This document shows, one piece after another, positions 39,788-51,640 of a stretch of DNA of 64,000 bases (positions within the stretch are counted from its first letter, which is position 1; every line of letters starts with the position of its first letter). This stretch comes from Felis catus (taxonomy: Eukaryota): positions 152,956,001-153,020,000 of the forward strand of contig NC_058368.1 of NCBI RefSeq assembly GCF_018350175.1, given 5' to 3'. Made by a program: the position numbers and the translations under genes. The notes beneath the pieces were generated by a model, which ran no database searches, was not told where the DNA came from, and worked only from the letters and a program-made list of their open reading frames with translations.

Positions 39788-41533
39788 AGCAGAAATATTC
39801 TTGAAAGCCATGTGGCAAATCTCAATTCTGTTTTCACATCCAAGGAACTAATGGCTGCCTTTGCCTGGATTTTATTTGTTTCCATGAAATAGCATAAAAA
39901 CGAGAGAATAGCAAAAAGAGAATGGAGTTAGGGGTCAGATAAGCCGGATCCCAGCTATGCCATTGATCAGTTGAAGACCTCTGGGTTTCTGTTTCCGTAA
40001 TACCATGCAGGGATAATAACTTTATAGGACTATTACGAAAATTAAAATGATATGACCTATTTACAGAAACCACCAAAAGCCTACTACACCTTAGGCACCC
40101 AATAAATGTTAATTACTTTTCTCTCCATTTATTGAGTAAAAATATAGCCCAATGTGCCCATAATACTCAATATTTTAGGACACTAAAGGGGTTCATATGC
40201 TCATTTTTCCAAGTCCAGGAATACTGGTTCTTCTTGGAAGACCTAGTTTATTGAGTGTCATCAGTGGTTTTGGTTTTGTTTTAGCTGACCCATTTAGACA
40301 ATGAAGACACTTGGCAATTCATAAACATCCTGATGTTTCTTCTTCAAGAAATTACAGAAAGGTAAAGCATAATTCACTGATTGATTCTCAGATCAAGACC
40401 TCAGAAATTCCTAGAAGCTGATTCCATTTATACCATAGAATCCTTATTTTCTTTAAAAAATGATCTTATGGACTTCCAAGTTATTTACCAGTTGGAAGCA
40501 AGAGGAGTCTTCAGTTGCTAACAGTACATCAGCCTGTCCAGTTTCATATAAATAACTACACCTATTTGAACAAGTTGCCCATTCTTTATGATGAACACTG
40601 ACATAAAAATTTACACTTATGCTTTTAATTTCACAACAACCCTATGAGGTGAATACTGTGCTATCTCTTCATTTTTATACATGAGAAAAGAGAGGCACAG
40701 AGAGATAATTTTCCAAAGTACTACAATTAATAAGGAATGGAGCCAAGATTTAATTTAAGCATTCTGGCTCAGAGCTCATGATCTTAATCATTATACTTTT
40801 TGTTATTTTTGTTTTTGTTGGTTTGTTTTCATGAAGTGACTAGGGGATTTGAAAAGTTGAAACCCTCAGAGCTCTTTAATTTTAAATATTAAATGTCTTT
40901 AACAGATTCTCATGACAACACTGAGATGAAATCTACATTATAATCTGGCCCTTTCCTTCATTCCATCATGCAGTGAACTTTGCTAGTAGTCTCACTGGAG
41001 GAGTCACACAGTGTAGACATCTAAACACACACCCTTGCTTTTTAATTTGAGTAAAATGTCTAGTCTTAATTTTTTTCATCATAGATTTATGATATCTGAT
41101 AAATGAACACAGCTTGTTCATATCATACTAATCTTTTCAAGTTCTTTATGGGCAAGTGATTAGATCCTTTACTTCTTGTGGGCTGGCTAATGACATCTTA
41201 AACTGGTGGAATACCTCAGGTAGCCTCCATGTTGGACCATAGGTGCCTAGTTTCTTCCAGAGGGACACATGCTCTATGTGTGGGCATATTTCTTTTATTT
41301 GAGCTGTCTTTTCTACATACTACATATTCCTAACCAGAATTGATTCAATCATGTCACTTTGCAGATTATATTGTTTATTGCTCTCAATCTCACAGATGCA
41401 TCTGTGTTGCTACTACTAGCTTTAATGACCTCTGTGAAATTGCAAATAAAGTCAATGCCGCCTGTCCAGCTTTTGAAGAATAATGATTCAAGTGAAAAAA
41501 TTTTTAAGTTATGTATAAAAATTTAGCTATTTG

Positions 41534-42182
41534 AGAAACAACTGTTGGCAAGGGTGTGGAGAAAAAGGATCCCTCATGCACTGTTAGTGGGAATGCAAAC
41601 TGGTGCAGCCACTGTGGAAAACAGTATGGAGGTTCCTCAGAAATTTGAAAATAGAATTACCATATGATTCTATAATTCCACTACTGGGGATTTAACCAAA
41701 ATACGAAGACACTAATTCAAAAAGAAATATGCAACCTTATGTTTATGGCAGCATTATTTACAGTAGCCAAGATATGGAAGCAACTCAAGTATTTGTGGCA
41801 TATATAAACAATAGAATATTACTCCACCATTAAAAAAGAATGAAATCTTGCCATTTGCAACAACATGGATGGATTTAGAGGATATAATGCTAATAAGTTA
41901 AATAAGTCAGAGAAAGACATATACGATGATTTCACTCATATGTGGAATTTAAGAAACAAAACTAATGGAAACTGGAAAATCCAAAAAAAAGGATTTAAAT
42001 AAATAAGCAGACTAGTGTTTGTTAGAGGGGAGATGTGTACAGGTATGGATAAAACAGGGGAAGGGGATTAAAAAGTACACTTAATGGTGATGAGTCCTGA
42101 GCAATGGATAGAATTGTTGACTCACTGTAGTATACACCTGAAACTAATATAGCACTATGTTAATTATACTAGAATTAAAACA
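41534..42182 (+). mobile_element. 5'-truncated older carnivore L1 3' end
   Basis: L1 ORF2-end and 3' UTR sequence. Degenerate TSD aaaatttagctatttga / aaaacttggctatttga. Confidence 0.9.
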
Positions 42183-42531
42183 AAAACTTGGCTATTTGAC
42201 TTAATTTGAAGTAAAACTACGAATTAAAACTAATTGACCATGAAGATAATGTGTGCCTTTTTTATTAATAATTATTATAACAATTTTCTGGAGTAATTCT
42301 AAGAGGAGAAATGGTACAAAAAATAACAAAGAAAGAGTATGGTAATGGCTGTAGGAAATTTATTTCATTTCTTTTTCCTTAAAAACCTAGATGAAAGATA
42401 AAACCTTTTTTTAAAAGGCCTATAAAAAATGTTTGATTTCCCTAGTTGTGAATTAGATTTCTGCTATGCTTATTTAATTTTAACTATGCCAATGGACTGA
42501 TCAAATAATTATCAATAGTAATTGCAAGTAC

Positions 42532-42981
42532 TTTTTTTTTTTTAATGTTGTTTATCTTTGAGAGAGAGAGAGGGAAAGAGAGCACAAGCCGGGAGAGGCA
42601 GAAACAGAAGGGGATAGAGGGTCTGAAGCTGCCCTGTGCTGACAGCCCAATGCATGGCTCAAACTCACGAACTATGAGAACATGACCTGAGCCGAAGTTG
42701 GGCGCTTAACCGACTGAGCCACCTAAGTACCGCTTCTAGTACTTTTTATATTTAAATTTTTTTTAACGTTTATTTTTTGAGAGACTGAGAGAGACAGAGC
42801 ACAAGTGGAGGAGGAGCAGAAGGAGACACAGAATCTGAAGCAGGCTCTAGGCTCCAGGCTCTAGGCTCTAGGCTCAGAGCTGTCAGCATAGAGCCCGATA
42901 CAGGGCTCGAATCCACGAACTGTGAGATCATGACCTGAGCAAAAGTCAGATGCTTAACTGACTGAGTCACCCATGCGCCCC
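42532..42981 (-). mobile_element. Two tandem CanSINEs (42532-42731 and 42757-42981)
   Basis: The second is flanked by tactttttatatttaaa and carries an internal 7-bp (GGCTCTA/GGCTCCA) tandem expansion. Confidence 0.92.
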
Positions 42982-43139
42982 TACTACTTTTTATATTTAA
43001 ACATATATTATAGTAACTAAATGTTAAACTGAAGTTGATTTTTAATGAGAACATAATATATTAGATATCCACATACTATGTAAAACCCTATGGAAAACAT
43101 AGGACTTCTTTTCCAGCTTTTTTTTTTTTTAACTTTTAC

Positions 43140-43290
43140 TAACTTCAGTTTCCTCCTCTATAAAATGGAGGCAGTGATCTCTAAATTGCATGAGTTATTT
43201 AGGAATAATATGAAATAATGTTTTGTAGGGCATTTACTACAGTACCTGGCACATAATAGCCATTCATTAAAGGGTAATTATTATTGTTAT
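43140..43290 (+). mobile_element. MIR fragment; other MIR-like pieces at about 5680-5840, 6550-6700, 7790-7970, 11220-11380, 12000-12180, 39920-40120 and 40600-40790
   Basis: MIR core ttcagtttcctcctctataaaatgg...cagtacctggcacataatag. Confidence 0.7.
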
Positions 43291-44235
43291 TATTGCTGAT
43301 AAAAATAAGTTAGTGCTTTTTTGGCTATATACCAGATGAAAAAGACTAGTCTTAGTGTTAATGCATGACTCATAAAGATCTGTTTCTCAGAAAGAAAATT
43401 ACTTTTAAAAGAAAAGAAATAAAAACAATAAAGTATCTCTAAAAACTTCTGAAATGGGGGCTGAATTGCTTTTTTGGGGTTTTTTGTTTGTTTTGTTTGT
43501 TTTTTGGTAAATTCTACCATTGTTTCTTGCAGAATGGCCTTTTAAAATACCTTTATTTGTGGGGCAGATTGTCCCAAGCAGTCTACTTTACCAAAAATGA
43601 GCTATGACAAAAATGGACATGTGTATAGATGTGAGGTTTGTTCTTTTTTGAAATGATAATTGCCAACATTTGATTTACTTAATTCATATACTTAAAATAA
43701 CTTAATCTGACTCTGTCCATATACAATCTAAGTGGACCCTCCCAGTCTCCCATCTGCTTCTGACTCTGAGGACTAGCTGCTGATTTACATAATGGTACGT
43801 GTTCTTATATTTTAATTATTAGATGTGATGAGAAAACAGCATGCTTCATGTTCTGACAGTAACGTGTAGTGTGAGTAGGAGATTTGTGCCCTGTGTTATT
43901 TACAGCAGCAGGCACAAGGGTGTACTAAAGACAGGACATACACAGAACGTGCCATCAGGAAACTGTGAATGTTGATTGATTTTGGTACTGTATTTTTACT
44001 ATGGCAACTATAAAAAGGTAATAATTATTAAAACCTGTTCGTACTGGTTTCCTGACATTCAGGAGTTGCCAAAAGCTATTGCATTGCGTAAAATACCTCC
44101 CTGACACACCTAAGATATTTAGAGGCATATTTAATTTAATTTAATTTTCAAGGGTCTTATATATACACATACATCTTATGTAACAGCCAGAGTAAGTATA
44201 AAATACAGAGAATTGGGACTTGTATAGGAAAGAAA

Positions 44236-44545
44236 TGTTACAGAACCAGGCTGGATCGCTGGCGGAAAAACCAAGCGGCACTCGGAGATCTTGGTAGATC
44301 AGAGTTTTATTTTACACTGGCAAGCTCAGAGGAGATCCTTCTCCAGAGATCTGAGCCCTGAGCACAAGCATGGGGGACAGTTTATCATCCGTTACTTTCA
44401 CATTCTGCATTAGTAGTAATTTGGCACACATGGCAAGCAGGGCAGGAAGAAGAACCTGGAAGAAGAGTCTGTAAGCTAGGAACTAGAGCTTATGTTAGTC
44501 CCGTAGGCCATCTTATGGTGCATAGCTTTACTTATTTTCCCAACA
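44236..44545 (-). repeat. 3' LTR of the provirus
   Basis: TG...CA termini (TGTTGGG...TAACA on minus). Minus-strand AATAAA at 44306-44311. Preceded on minus by the polypurine tract. Confidence 0.95.
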
Positions 44546-44557
44546 GTCCCCCTTTTA
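44546..44557 (-). other. Polypurine tract
   Basis: Minus strand TAAAAGGGGGAC directly abuts the TG start of the 3' LTR. Confidence 0.88.
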
Positions 44558-44624
44558 TGCCTTTTCAAAAAATCTTTTTGGTAGGCATCACCCTTTAGTT
44601 CCTGGGGTTGGTATCCTTGGAGGG

Positions 44625-44905
44625 CTAAGATGCGCGTTGCAATTTCCAGGTAATGTTGAGGGACCTGGTCAGGGTTTGTATAATGTACGCCACAAATGCA
44701 GGTCCGTTGTCACTGTGTATGGTTAAGGGCATACCAAACCGAGGCACAATTTCCTATAGAAGAGCTTTGGCCACCTCAAAGCTCTTTCCGTCCTAGTCGG
44801 AAAGACTTCGACCCCCCAGAATATGTGCAGATTATTACAAGGAGGTACCTGAATCCATTGCTTGGTTGTATATCTATAAAGTCCACCTCCAAGTCTTTAA
44901 AAAGG
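44625..44905 (-). pseudogene. pol: Integrase core remnant of pol
   Basis: FKDLEVDFIDIQPSNGFRYLLVIICTYSG / VEVFPTRTERA / EVAKALL*EIVPRFGMPLTIHSDNGPAFVA..ITWKL. The first two acidic residues of DDE are present, with two frameshifts and a stop. Confidence 0.92.
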
Positions 44906-45099
44906 GTGGCCCCCATCCTTTGAATGGACCAGTTCTCCTGGGTTTTTATGGGGTGGGTTTCTAGTAACTGTCAGATCAGGTTCAGGGAGGATATGGTTTG
45001 CATATATAGAGATCCATCCCGTTTTCCAGTTGTTTAAATAATCATATGCCCATGGGGTCTTATTATTTTCCCCACAGAATAACAAGCACAAAAGATTGT

Positions 45100-46140
45100 C
45101 TACATGAAATACTGTGACAGTTCTTCTGACATTTCCCTCAAATTGTCTAGTTTAGGCAAACAACAAACATTTAAAGACAATCAGAACTAGAATATAACAC
45201 CCGTAACAGTGCGTTGTTAAAACATAGCTTTTCTCTCTAAAAACCTGCATTTCCAGAGATATCCAAATTGAGACCAATGCATTTGTAGAACAAATCCAGT
45301 CTTAACAAACCTGGCCTAATTATTTACATAAGCTCAGCAAGAATAGCAATTGATCATGAGGATATTTTAAAGTTTGCTTTGCTAGAACCTTTTATAAGGA
45401 ATCTCCAGTTTGAACTTTTAGTAGCCTCTCCAGGCCAGAAGCCAAGCCAAATACTTGCCATCAGACAGGCCTGCAATACTGGTAGATTTGGGTGAATTCC
45501 TTTTCACAAGGTCCCCGAGATATCCTGAGGTGGCTGCACCTGCTAGGAAGTGACCTTTACTCACCTGGTGAGGCTGCTGGGAACTCTGTAAGCAAGGTAT
45601 CAGGCCAACCTTTCCAAGGGGCTTTATGGTTCCATGTTTCATAAAGCCAACCTTAGTTCCTGAAAGCTGTCTGGTCATATCTGAGTCTATGCTTGACACT
45701 CTCAAATATGACATTCCAGTCAAAGCCTTGGTAAAATAACCAGTATTTCTAATGGTGACCTGTTATAAGGAGAACAGATTCTTCTTGAACTTATGTAAAC
45801 AATTGTAATTGCCATGAAAAAAAGAATACTCACTGAGAGTTTTTGAATTTCAGAGGATTTAGGTAGAGAGAAAAGATAAATGCTTCAGTTTACAAAGGAA
45901 TATTTTATGACATTTCAGTTTATCATAGGTATCGTTTCCTTAATCTGGAAGTGCAAACATTAAAGAACCAGCAATATTTCCAACAAGAGTCACAAAACTA
46001 TAATCTTCCTCAGGTCAACCTTGGTAGAGTAAAAGTTTCATTTTTAATGCTGATAACTTTAAAGACAGGTCCAACAAACTTAAATAGTTTAGATACTGAA
46101 TGTGTTTCACATGCATTCACTTAAAATCAATCAGTTTTTC
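45100..46140 (-). repeat. Non-coding internal segment resembling MER4-group (MER4/MER41/MER57-int-like) ERV interiors
   Basis: Motifs such as ...ccagaagccaagccaa..., ...gctgtctggtcatatctga..., ...caaatatgacattccagtcaaagccttggtaaaataaccagt... match recalled MER4-group internal sequences. No protease or RT motifs seen. Confidence 0.65.
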
Positions 46141-46652
46141 CCCATTGTCAGTTTTCATCTGGGATACCAGTGGGGGTATCTGAAGTGGGTGGTCCAAGGG
46201 GGTGCTCTTTGCCCCTTGACCTTGAGAGTGGAGGGGAGGAGCCAATGGTGCTTGAGGCACTGAGGATGGTATAGGAACCAGTTATGTAGACCACACCCAA
46301 GTTGGTACAGAAACAGGAGGGGGTTGGGAGAAAGGCAGAAGAGGTAAGGTGCCAGCAGAAGGCAGAGAAGGAAAACTGGATTCAAAACCTTAGCCCAGAC
46401 AGAGGAGCAGACGCCATGTTTTCTTCCACCAAAGTGGAAATATGGAGTCCACATCAGGCCAGAGAAGACCCGTAATTTCCTTGAAACAAGTGGAGTGTCA
46501 GCAGCTGCTTGGGAATATTCCTTAAAGTCCCTGTCCTGAAGTAGTCTAACCACAGTTGGCTCCATTTATAGCTGTTAACCTGGGAAATGAATGAGGGAGA
46601 AGGCCTCACAACTATTAGGCAGAGGAACAGAGAGAGAGGGTCAGCATCCCCT

Positions 46653-47547
46653 TCAGTCTGATTCTATCTCAGCCAGACCAATAAAGTCCCCTTCTCGAGG
46701 TTCCTCCTGATATCCGCTGGGTTTTGGGGGCCCCTTCCGATTTGGGCGCTCATTCTTCCAGTGTCCCTTTCCTGTGCAGTAGGCACATTGGTCTTTTTGC
46801 TAAGGGGCCTCTGGGCTTTCCCCCCTTTGGTGGTTGGAGCTTCCCAGTCTTTGCATTGTCCTTTTCTTTCCGTGCTACTGCCAGAAGGGTGACCCTCTTC
46901 TTTAGTCTTTTTTCAGTTTCCCTTGGCTGTGATTTCCCTGTTCACGAAAACTTTATTGGCGACCTCTGTCAACTGGGTAATATTCATCCCGGCTAAGCCC
47001 TTTAGCTTTAGGAGTTTTCTCCTGATGCCTGGGGTGCAGTCTGGCTGTTGGCCCTGGTGAGAGAGGATTCTCCAGGTCCGGGGATGGAGGAGAGACGAAT
47101 GACAGAGGAGTTTCAGGCCCCTGTGCCCAGAGCGGGGGGGGGGGGGGGGGGGGGGGGCCTTAGTGGGTTCGGTGGTGGAAAGACAGGGTCCTCCTCTGGG
47201 TCTCCCACAGATGCCGGACGGGAGCAGTGGGCTGCTTCTTCAGTTCTCCAGGTGAAGCAGCTAAAACCTTTGCCTGACTCTGTGTTATAGATGAATTGCA
47301 TCCAAGGTAGGGGATTTGGGGCAATTTCAAGCCAGGAATCAATATACAGAAATTGGTCAGGGTGACCTGGGTTTCCAGTGACTATTTGCCAAACCTGCCG
47401 GACCAGTTGGACACCTAATGTTCCTTCTGAGAGTCATCCTACATCAAAAGTGGGCCCTTTCAACTCACATAGGGTCCTTAACTTGCCAGGCGTCATCTAA
47501 TTCCATAGTCTCCTGAAAACCCCTTCTTTACTCTGTCCTGACCCCAT
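46653..47547 (-). pseudogene. gag: Degraded, internally deleted gag (matrix, Pro-rich p12, capsid C-terminus, nucleocapsid)
   Basis: MGSGQSK myristoylation-type start at 47547. Then KKGFSGDYGI / MTPGKLRTLCEL..G*LSEGTL..VWQIVTGNPGHPDQFLYIDSWL (matrix), IRRKLLKLKGLAGMNITQLTEVANKVFVNRE (capsid C-terminus) and KDQCAYCTGKGHWKNER (CCHC knuckle, last C changed to R). Ends FIGLAEIESD*. Contains frameshifts and stops. Confidence 0.92.
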
Positions 47548-48198
47548 AATGTTCCTGTGAGATGGAGTTGCAAAGACAGAGGGGTAGGGGTGCCCCCTCT
47601 AATGAGGAGACTAGTCAGATGCCTGTCTCACTGTATCCCTAAGGAGCTTAGGTGATGCTTAGCCGTAGCAGTCTCAGCTTTGTGACTTACAATCGGAAAC
47701 TATTCTGATGCTGCCATACGTTATATGCCATTCACCATGGAATCGCAGATGGGCCCACTCAGACTACGTGGGCTTTTGGGAACCTTAAGGGTGCCCCCCC
47801 GTGGAGCCACAGAATCGAACTCCTCAGGGCAAGCCAGACCAAAACGGACATTTGCACTCATATACACACCAGAGGTGATTGCATTCCCTCCCACAGAATT
47901 CCTACCTGTGAGACCTCTGAAGTCTCTAGGGAGTGATCAAGTCCCCCTCCCACTCTTGTGAGTGGGTCTGACTAGATTGAGGCCCCAGCTTTACCGGTTC
48001 CGATGTCAGGTCCAGGTCCTTGCTTGCCAAGTCTCTTCGAGTCTGGCAGGAATGGTAGGGCAGGACTGGCCTGAGGCGACCAAGCGAAAGACTGCCAAAA
48101 ATCAGGCAGGGCGCGCTTTCTCTGTTGCGATGCCTAATTCCGTCACCACCTTGCCATTTTCCCAAACCGGTGGCAACAATGGGCCAGCATGGTTGGGT

Positions 48199-48216
48199 TT
48201 ACTGGTCAGGGAACCG
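48199..48216 (-). other. Primer-binding site, tRNA-Glu type
   Basis: Minus strand reads CGGTTCCCTGACCAGTAA versus the tRNA-Glu complement TGGTTCCCTGACCGGGAA (15/18), 4 nt from the 5' LTR. Confidence 0.85.
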
Positions 48217-48220
48217 CATT

Positions 48221-48530
48221 TGTTATGGAACCAGGCTGGATCACTGGTGGAAAAACCAAGTGACACTCGGAGATCTTGGTGGATCCAAGTTTTATTTTAC
48301 ACTGGCGAGCTCGGAGGAGATCCTTCTCCAGAGATCTGAGTCCCGAGCACAAGCATGGGGGACAATTTATCATCTGTTACTTCCGCACTGTGCATTAGTA
48401 GTAATTCGGCATGCATGGCAAGCAGGGCAGGAAGAAGAGCCTGGAAGAGAAGTCTCTAAGCTAGGAACTAGAGCTTATGTTAGTCCTGTGGGCCATCTTA
48501 TAGTGCATAACTTTATTTATTTTCCCAATA
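48221..48530 (-). repeat. 5' LTR of the provirus
   Basis: 310 bp, direct repeat of 44236-44545 (32 mismatches, no indels by manual alignment). AATAAA on the minus strand. Followed on the minus strand by the PBS. Confidence 0.95.
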
Positions 48531-49159
48531 GAAGGAAGGAAGGAAGCAAGGAAGGAAGGAAGAAAGGAAGGAAGGGAAGAAGGAAGGGGAAAGCAAGCTA
48601 ACTATGAACATGAGCATAATAGATTTTATGTTCTTTGACATGAAGACCATAGGAGGGCCATCCAAAAATATTCAAAGCTTTCTAGTCAGTGTGGGGGAAA
48701 AAAGGAATATCTGTGTGAAATCAGTGAGAATAATTTTAATGTTAAGTATGATATTTTTAGTAATAGTAAAAATTCAGATTTGGTATTGACACAATATTTC
48801 TGGTATTTAAACTTCTTTTAAGGGATAAGGTAGAAACACCAGTGAAAAAGATGCTAGCCTGGGGTGGGGGGTTGTAATAGTACACATGTGATTTCAAGAT
48901 AATGAAAAAAGATACAGGAAATTAAGTATGGCATTAGTCCAAGTGTTTTGTTTATAGGAACATGCTACAGGCAGTCTCTATTGAGCGTACCTAAAAAAAA
49001 ATACTGATAACCTTGCCTTTATAGTTGTTTTTCCATTTCTGGTTTCTACCTTTTTGCATAAGGAATTAACTATTATCACTAAATTTTATTGATGTTTTAA
49101 GTTTAATACTTTTTTGAAGTTCTTCAGATAGTTTGTTTCTTCAAATACTCTTGTAACTT

Positions 49160-49541
49160 TTTTAAAAAAAATTTAATATTTATTTTGGAAGGTGAGAGCG
49201 ACAGTGTGAGCAGGGAAGGGGCAGACAGAGAGGGAGACACAGAATCTGAAGTGGGCTCCAGGCTCTGAGCTGTCAGCATAGAGACTGATGCAGCCCTTTC
49301 AAATAATTTTAAAAGTTACACAGATAGGGGCACCTGGGTGGCTTAGTCGATTAAGCATCCAACTTCAGCTCAGGACATGATCTTGTAGTCTGTGAGGGTG
49401 AGCCCCATGTTGGGCTCTGTGCTAACAGCTCTGAGCCTGGAGCCTGCTTCGAGTTCTGTGTTTCCCCCTCTCTCTGCCCCTCCCCTGCTCTCTCTCTGTC
49501 TCTCTCTCTCAAACACTAATTGTAAAAACGGCAAAAAAAAA
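49160..49541. mobile_element. 5'-truncated minus-strand CanSINE (49160-49295) and full plus-strand CanSINE (49327-49541)
   Basis: Second element has TSD aaaagttacacagata / aaaagttgcacagata. Confidence 0.9.
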
Positions 49542-49971
49542 AAAAAGTTGCACAGATAATGCTGATTAAAACTTAAACAAAAGGAAGTCTGTTAACCACA
49601 GAATACATTAGTCATGGAAATGTCATTATACTTTGTGAATTCCATTATCATTGGCATTGGCACATTGGCAATAGCCAATGCAACAGCAACATGCAAAGGT
49701 CTTTTTGTCTTTAGCCTCAGATTAATGGGTTATTAACACAGTTTTCTAATGAAGGGGATTCTGCAGACATAAATGATTTACAAGTAGCAGAAATAATGTG
49801 GAACTCAGCATTTTGTGATCTTTTTAGCTTAACATATCTTGCTTTTGTCATTGAAACAAATGTTTAAAATAGCTTACTCATCAGTTAACTCTGGAAGAAG
49901 AGAGTAAAAAACTTTTTGGATCAGGGATGCTAAGTGGATTAGAAAATGTGAGTTATAAAATTCAAAAATTA

Positions 49972-50168
49972 GGGGCGCCTGTGTGATTCCATCAGTTAAG
50001 CGTCCAGCTTTGGCTCAGGTCATGATCTTGTGGTTTGTGATTTCGAGCCCTGCCTTGGGCTCCATGCTGCCAGCTCAGAGCTTGGAGCCTGTTTCGGATT
50101 CTGTGTCTCCCTCTGTCTCTGTCCCTTCCCTGCACGTGCTCTGTCTCTCAAAAATAAACAAACATTTA
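49972..50168 (+). mobile_element. Felid CanSINE
   Basis: Head, (CT)n and A tail. Confidence 0.92.
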
Positions 50169-51063
50169 ATTCACAAAATAGAGTAAATGGATACTGTAGA
50201 TTCAAGTGTAGTTAGTTAAGCTCAAGACAGAACACCATAATAATAGTAAATATTTTAATTTCAGGAAAAAAGAAAGTTAATAGTAGGATCCAGAAGGTGT
50301 TAATACCTGCAAGAGTCTGCTTCAAGCCGAAATGAAATAATAGGGACCAGATTTACCATCAGATCTAAAACAAATGAAAAAAACGGAACATTATATGAAA
50401 TAATGTCAATAGGCTAGACATCAGGCAGCAAAGGATGAGGATCCCTGAAGTACAAGAAACAAACAGGATGAGGTTAATAATTGCCCTGGAATACTGCCTT
50501 CCAAGCTGTGGCACAAAAAGGAGGAACACAGGTGGTCTGCAGATTCGCAGAACTAAGGAGAAAGATGAGAGTCTGAGAAAAACAAGGTGGCTAAAGTTTG
50601 GAGGCCAAAATACTGAAAAAGAAGGAACGATGGAGATAGGCAGAGTTCTTATTATTCAGCTGAGTTCTGACTAGCCCATGTTGTGAGGAAACTACCCAAA
50701 GCTAGAGAAAGAGCCCCCAGAAGGCAAAAGAGATCAATGTGAGGTGCTTACACAGAGCCACGAATAGTAACTTTTCCTGCTGTTAGACTAAGAAATCCTC
50801 AAGATCCACAAACACCTGGGTAGAGTATACAGACGGGTTTTGCCTCAGCCCCATGGAGTGATTGGCCTGAGCACTAGGCCCTGCCCAACACATCTTAACC
50901 GCAAGAATTGAAAAGACCAAATTGCTTCCACATGCATCCTAGCACAAAGCTCAAAAATATTTACAGGAACACAAATATCCAACTCCCAAAGAGGTAAGAT
51001 CACAGTGTTTGATATTTAATAAAAAACTGTAAGATGTGGTGAAAGGCAAGAAAATATGACACA

Positions 51064-51360
51064 GGGCGTCTGGAAGGCTCAGTTGATTAAGCGTCTGACT
51101 TTGGCTCAGGTTGTGATCTCATGGTTCATGAGTTCAAGCCCTGTATCAGGCTCTGTGCTGACAGCTCAGAGCCTGGAGCCTGCTTCAGATTCTGTGCCTC
51201 TCTGTCTGTCCCTCCCCCTCTCACACTCTGTCTCTCTCCTCAAAAATAAACGTTAAAAAAAAAAAACGATTATCTCTTTCCCTCTCTGTCTGTCCCTACC
51301 CCTCTTATGCATATGTGTTCTCTCACTCTGTCTCTTAAAATAAATAAATAAACACTAAAA
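51064..51360 (+). mobile_element. CanSINE followed directly by the 3' half of a second CanSINE
   Basis: Full element to the A tail at about 51267, then gattatctctttccctct...aaataaataaataaac. Confidence 0.85.
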
Positions 51361-51430
51361 CAAAAAAGAAATGAAAACTACAATGTGTGAGATGAAAAAT
51401 ACCCTGATTGGGATTAGAAATAGCAGAAGA

Positions 51431-51640
51431 GGGGCGCCTGGGTGGCTCAGTCGGTTAAGCGTCCGACTTTGGCTCAGGTCACGAGCTCACAGTTCGTGAG
51501 TTCGAGCCCCGCGTCGGGCTCTGTGCTGACAGCTCAGAGCCTGGAGCCTGTTTCAGATTCTGTGTCTCCCTCTCTGACCCTCCCCCGTTCATGCTCTCTC
51601 TCTGTCTCAAAAATAAATAAACATTAAAAAAAAAATTTTT
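51431..51640 (+). mobile_element. Felid CanSINE
   Basis: TSD aaatagcagaaga. Confidence 0.94.

Larger units (their letters stand above)
44236..48530 (-). mobile_element. Defective class I (gammaretrovirus-like, ERV1) provirus, 4295 bp, antisense to ADGRV1
   Basis: Two colinear 310-bp LTRs, a PBS next to one and a PPT next to the other, plus gag and integrase remnants on the minus strand. Candidate 4-bp TSD GAAA (44232-44235) / GAAG (48531-48534), one mismatch. Confidence 0.95.

Noticed and set aside
44546..44640. Possible env or syncytin-like captured gene
   Set aside because: The integrase remnant runs to within about 80 bp of the PPT. No room or motif (furin site, ISD, CX6CC) for env.
47962..48601. 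Longest ORFs (125 aa and 158 aa) near the 5' LTR
   Set aside because: They are antisense to the provirus, run through leader, LTR and a (GAAG)n flank, and have no recognisable domain.
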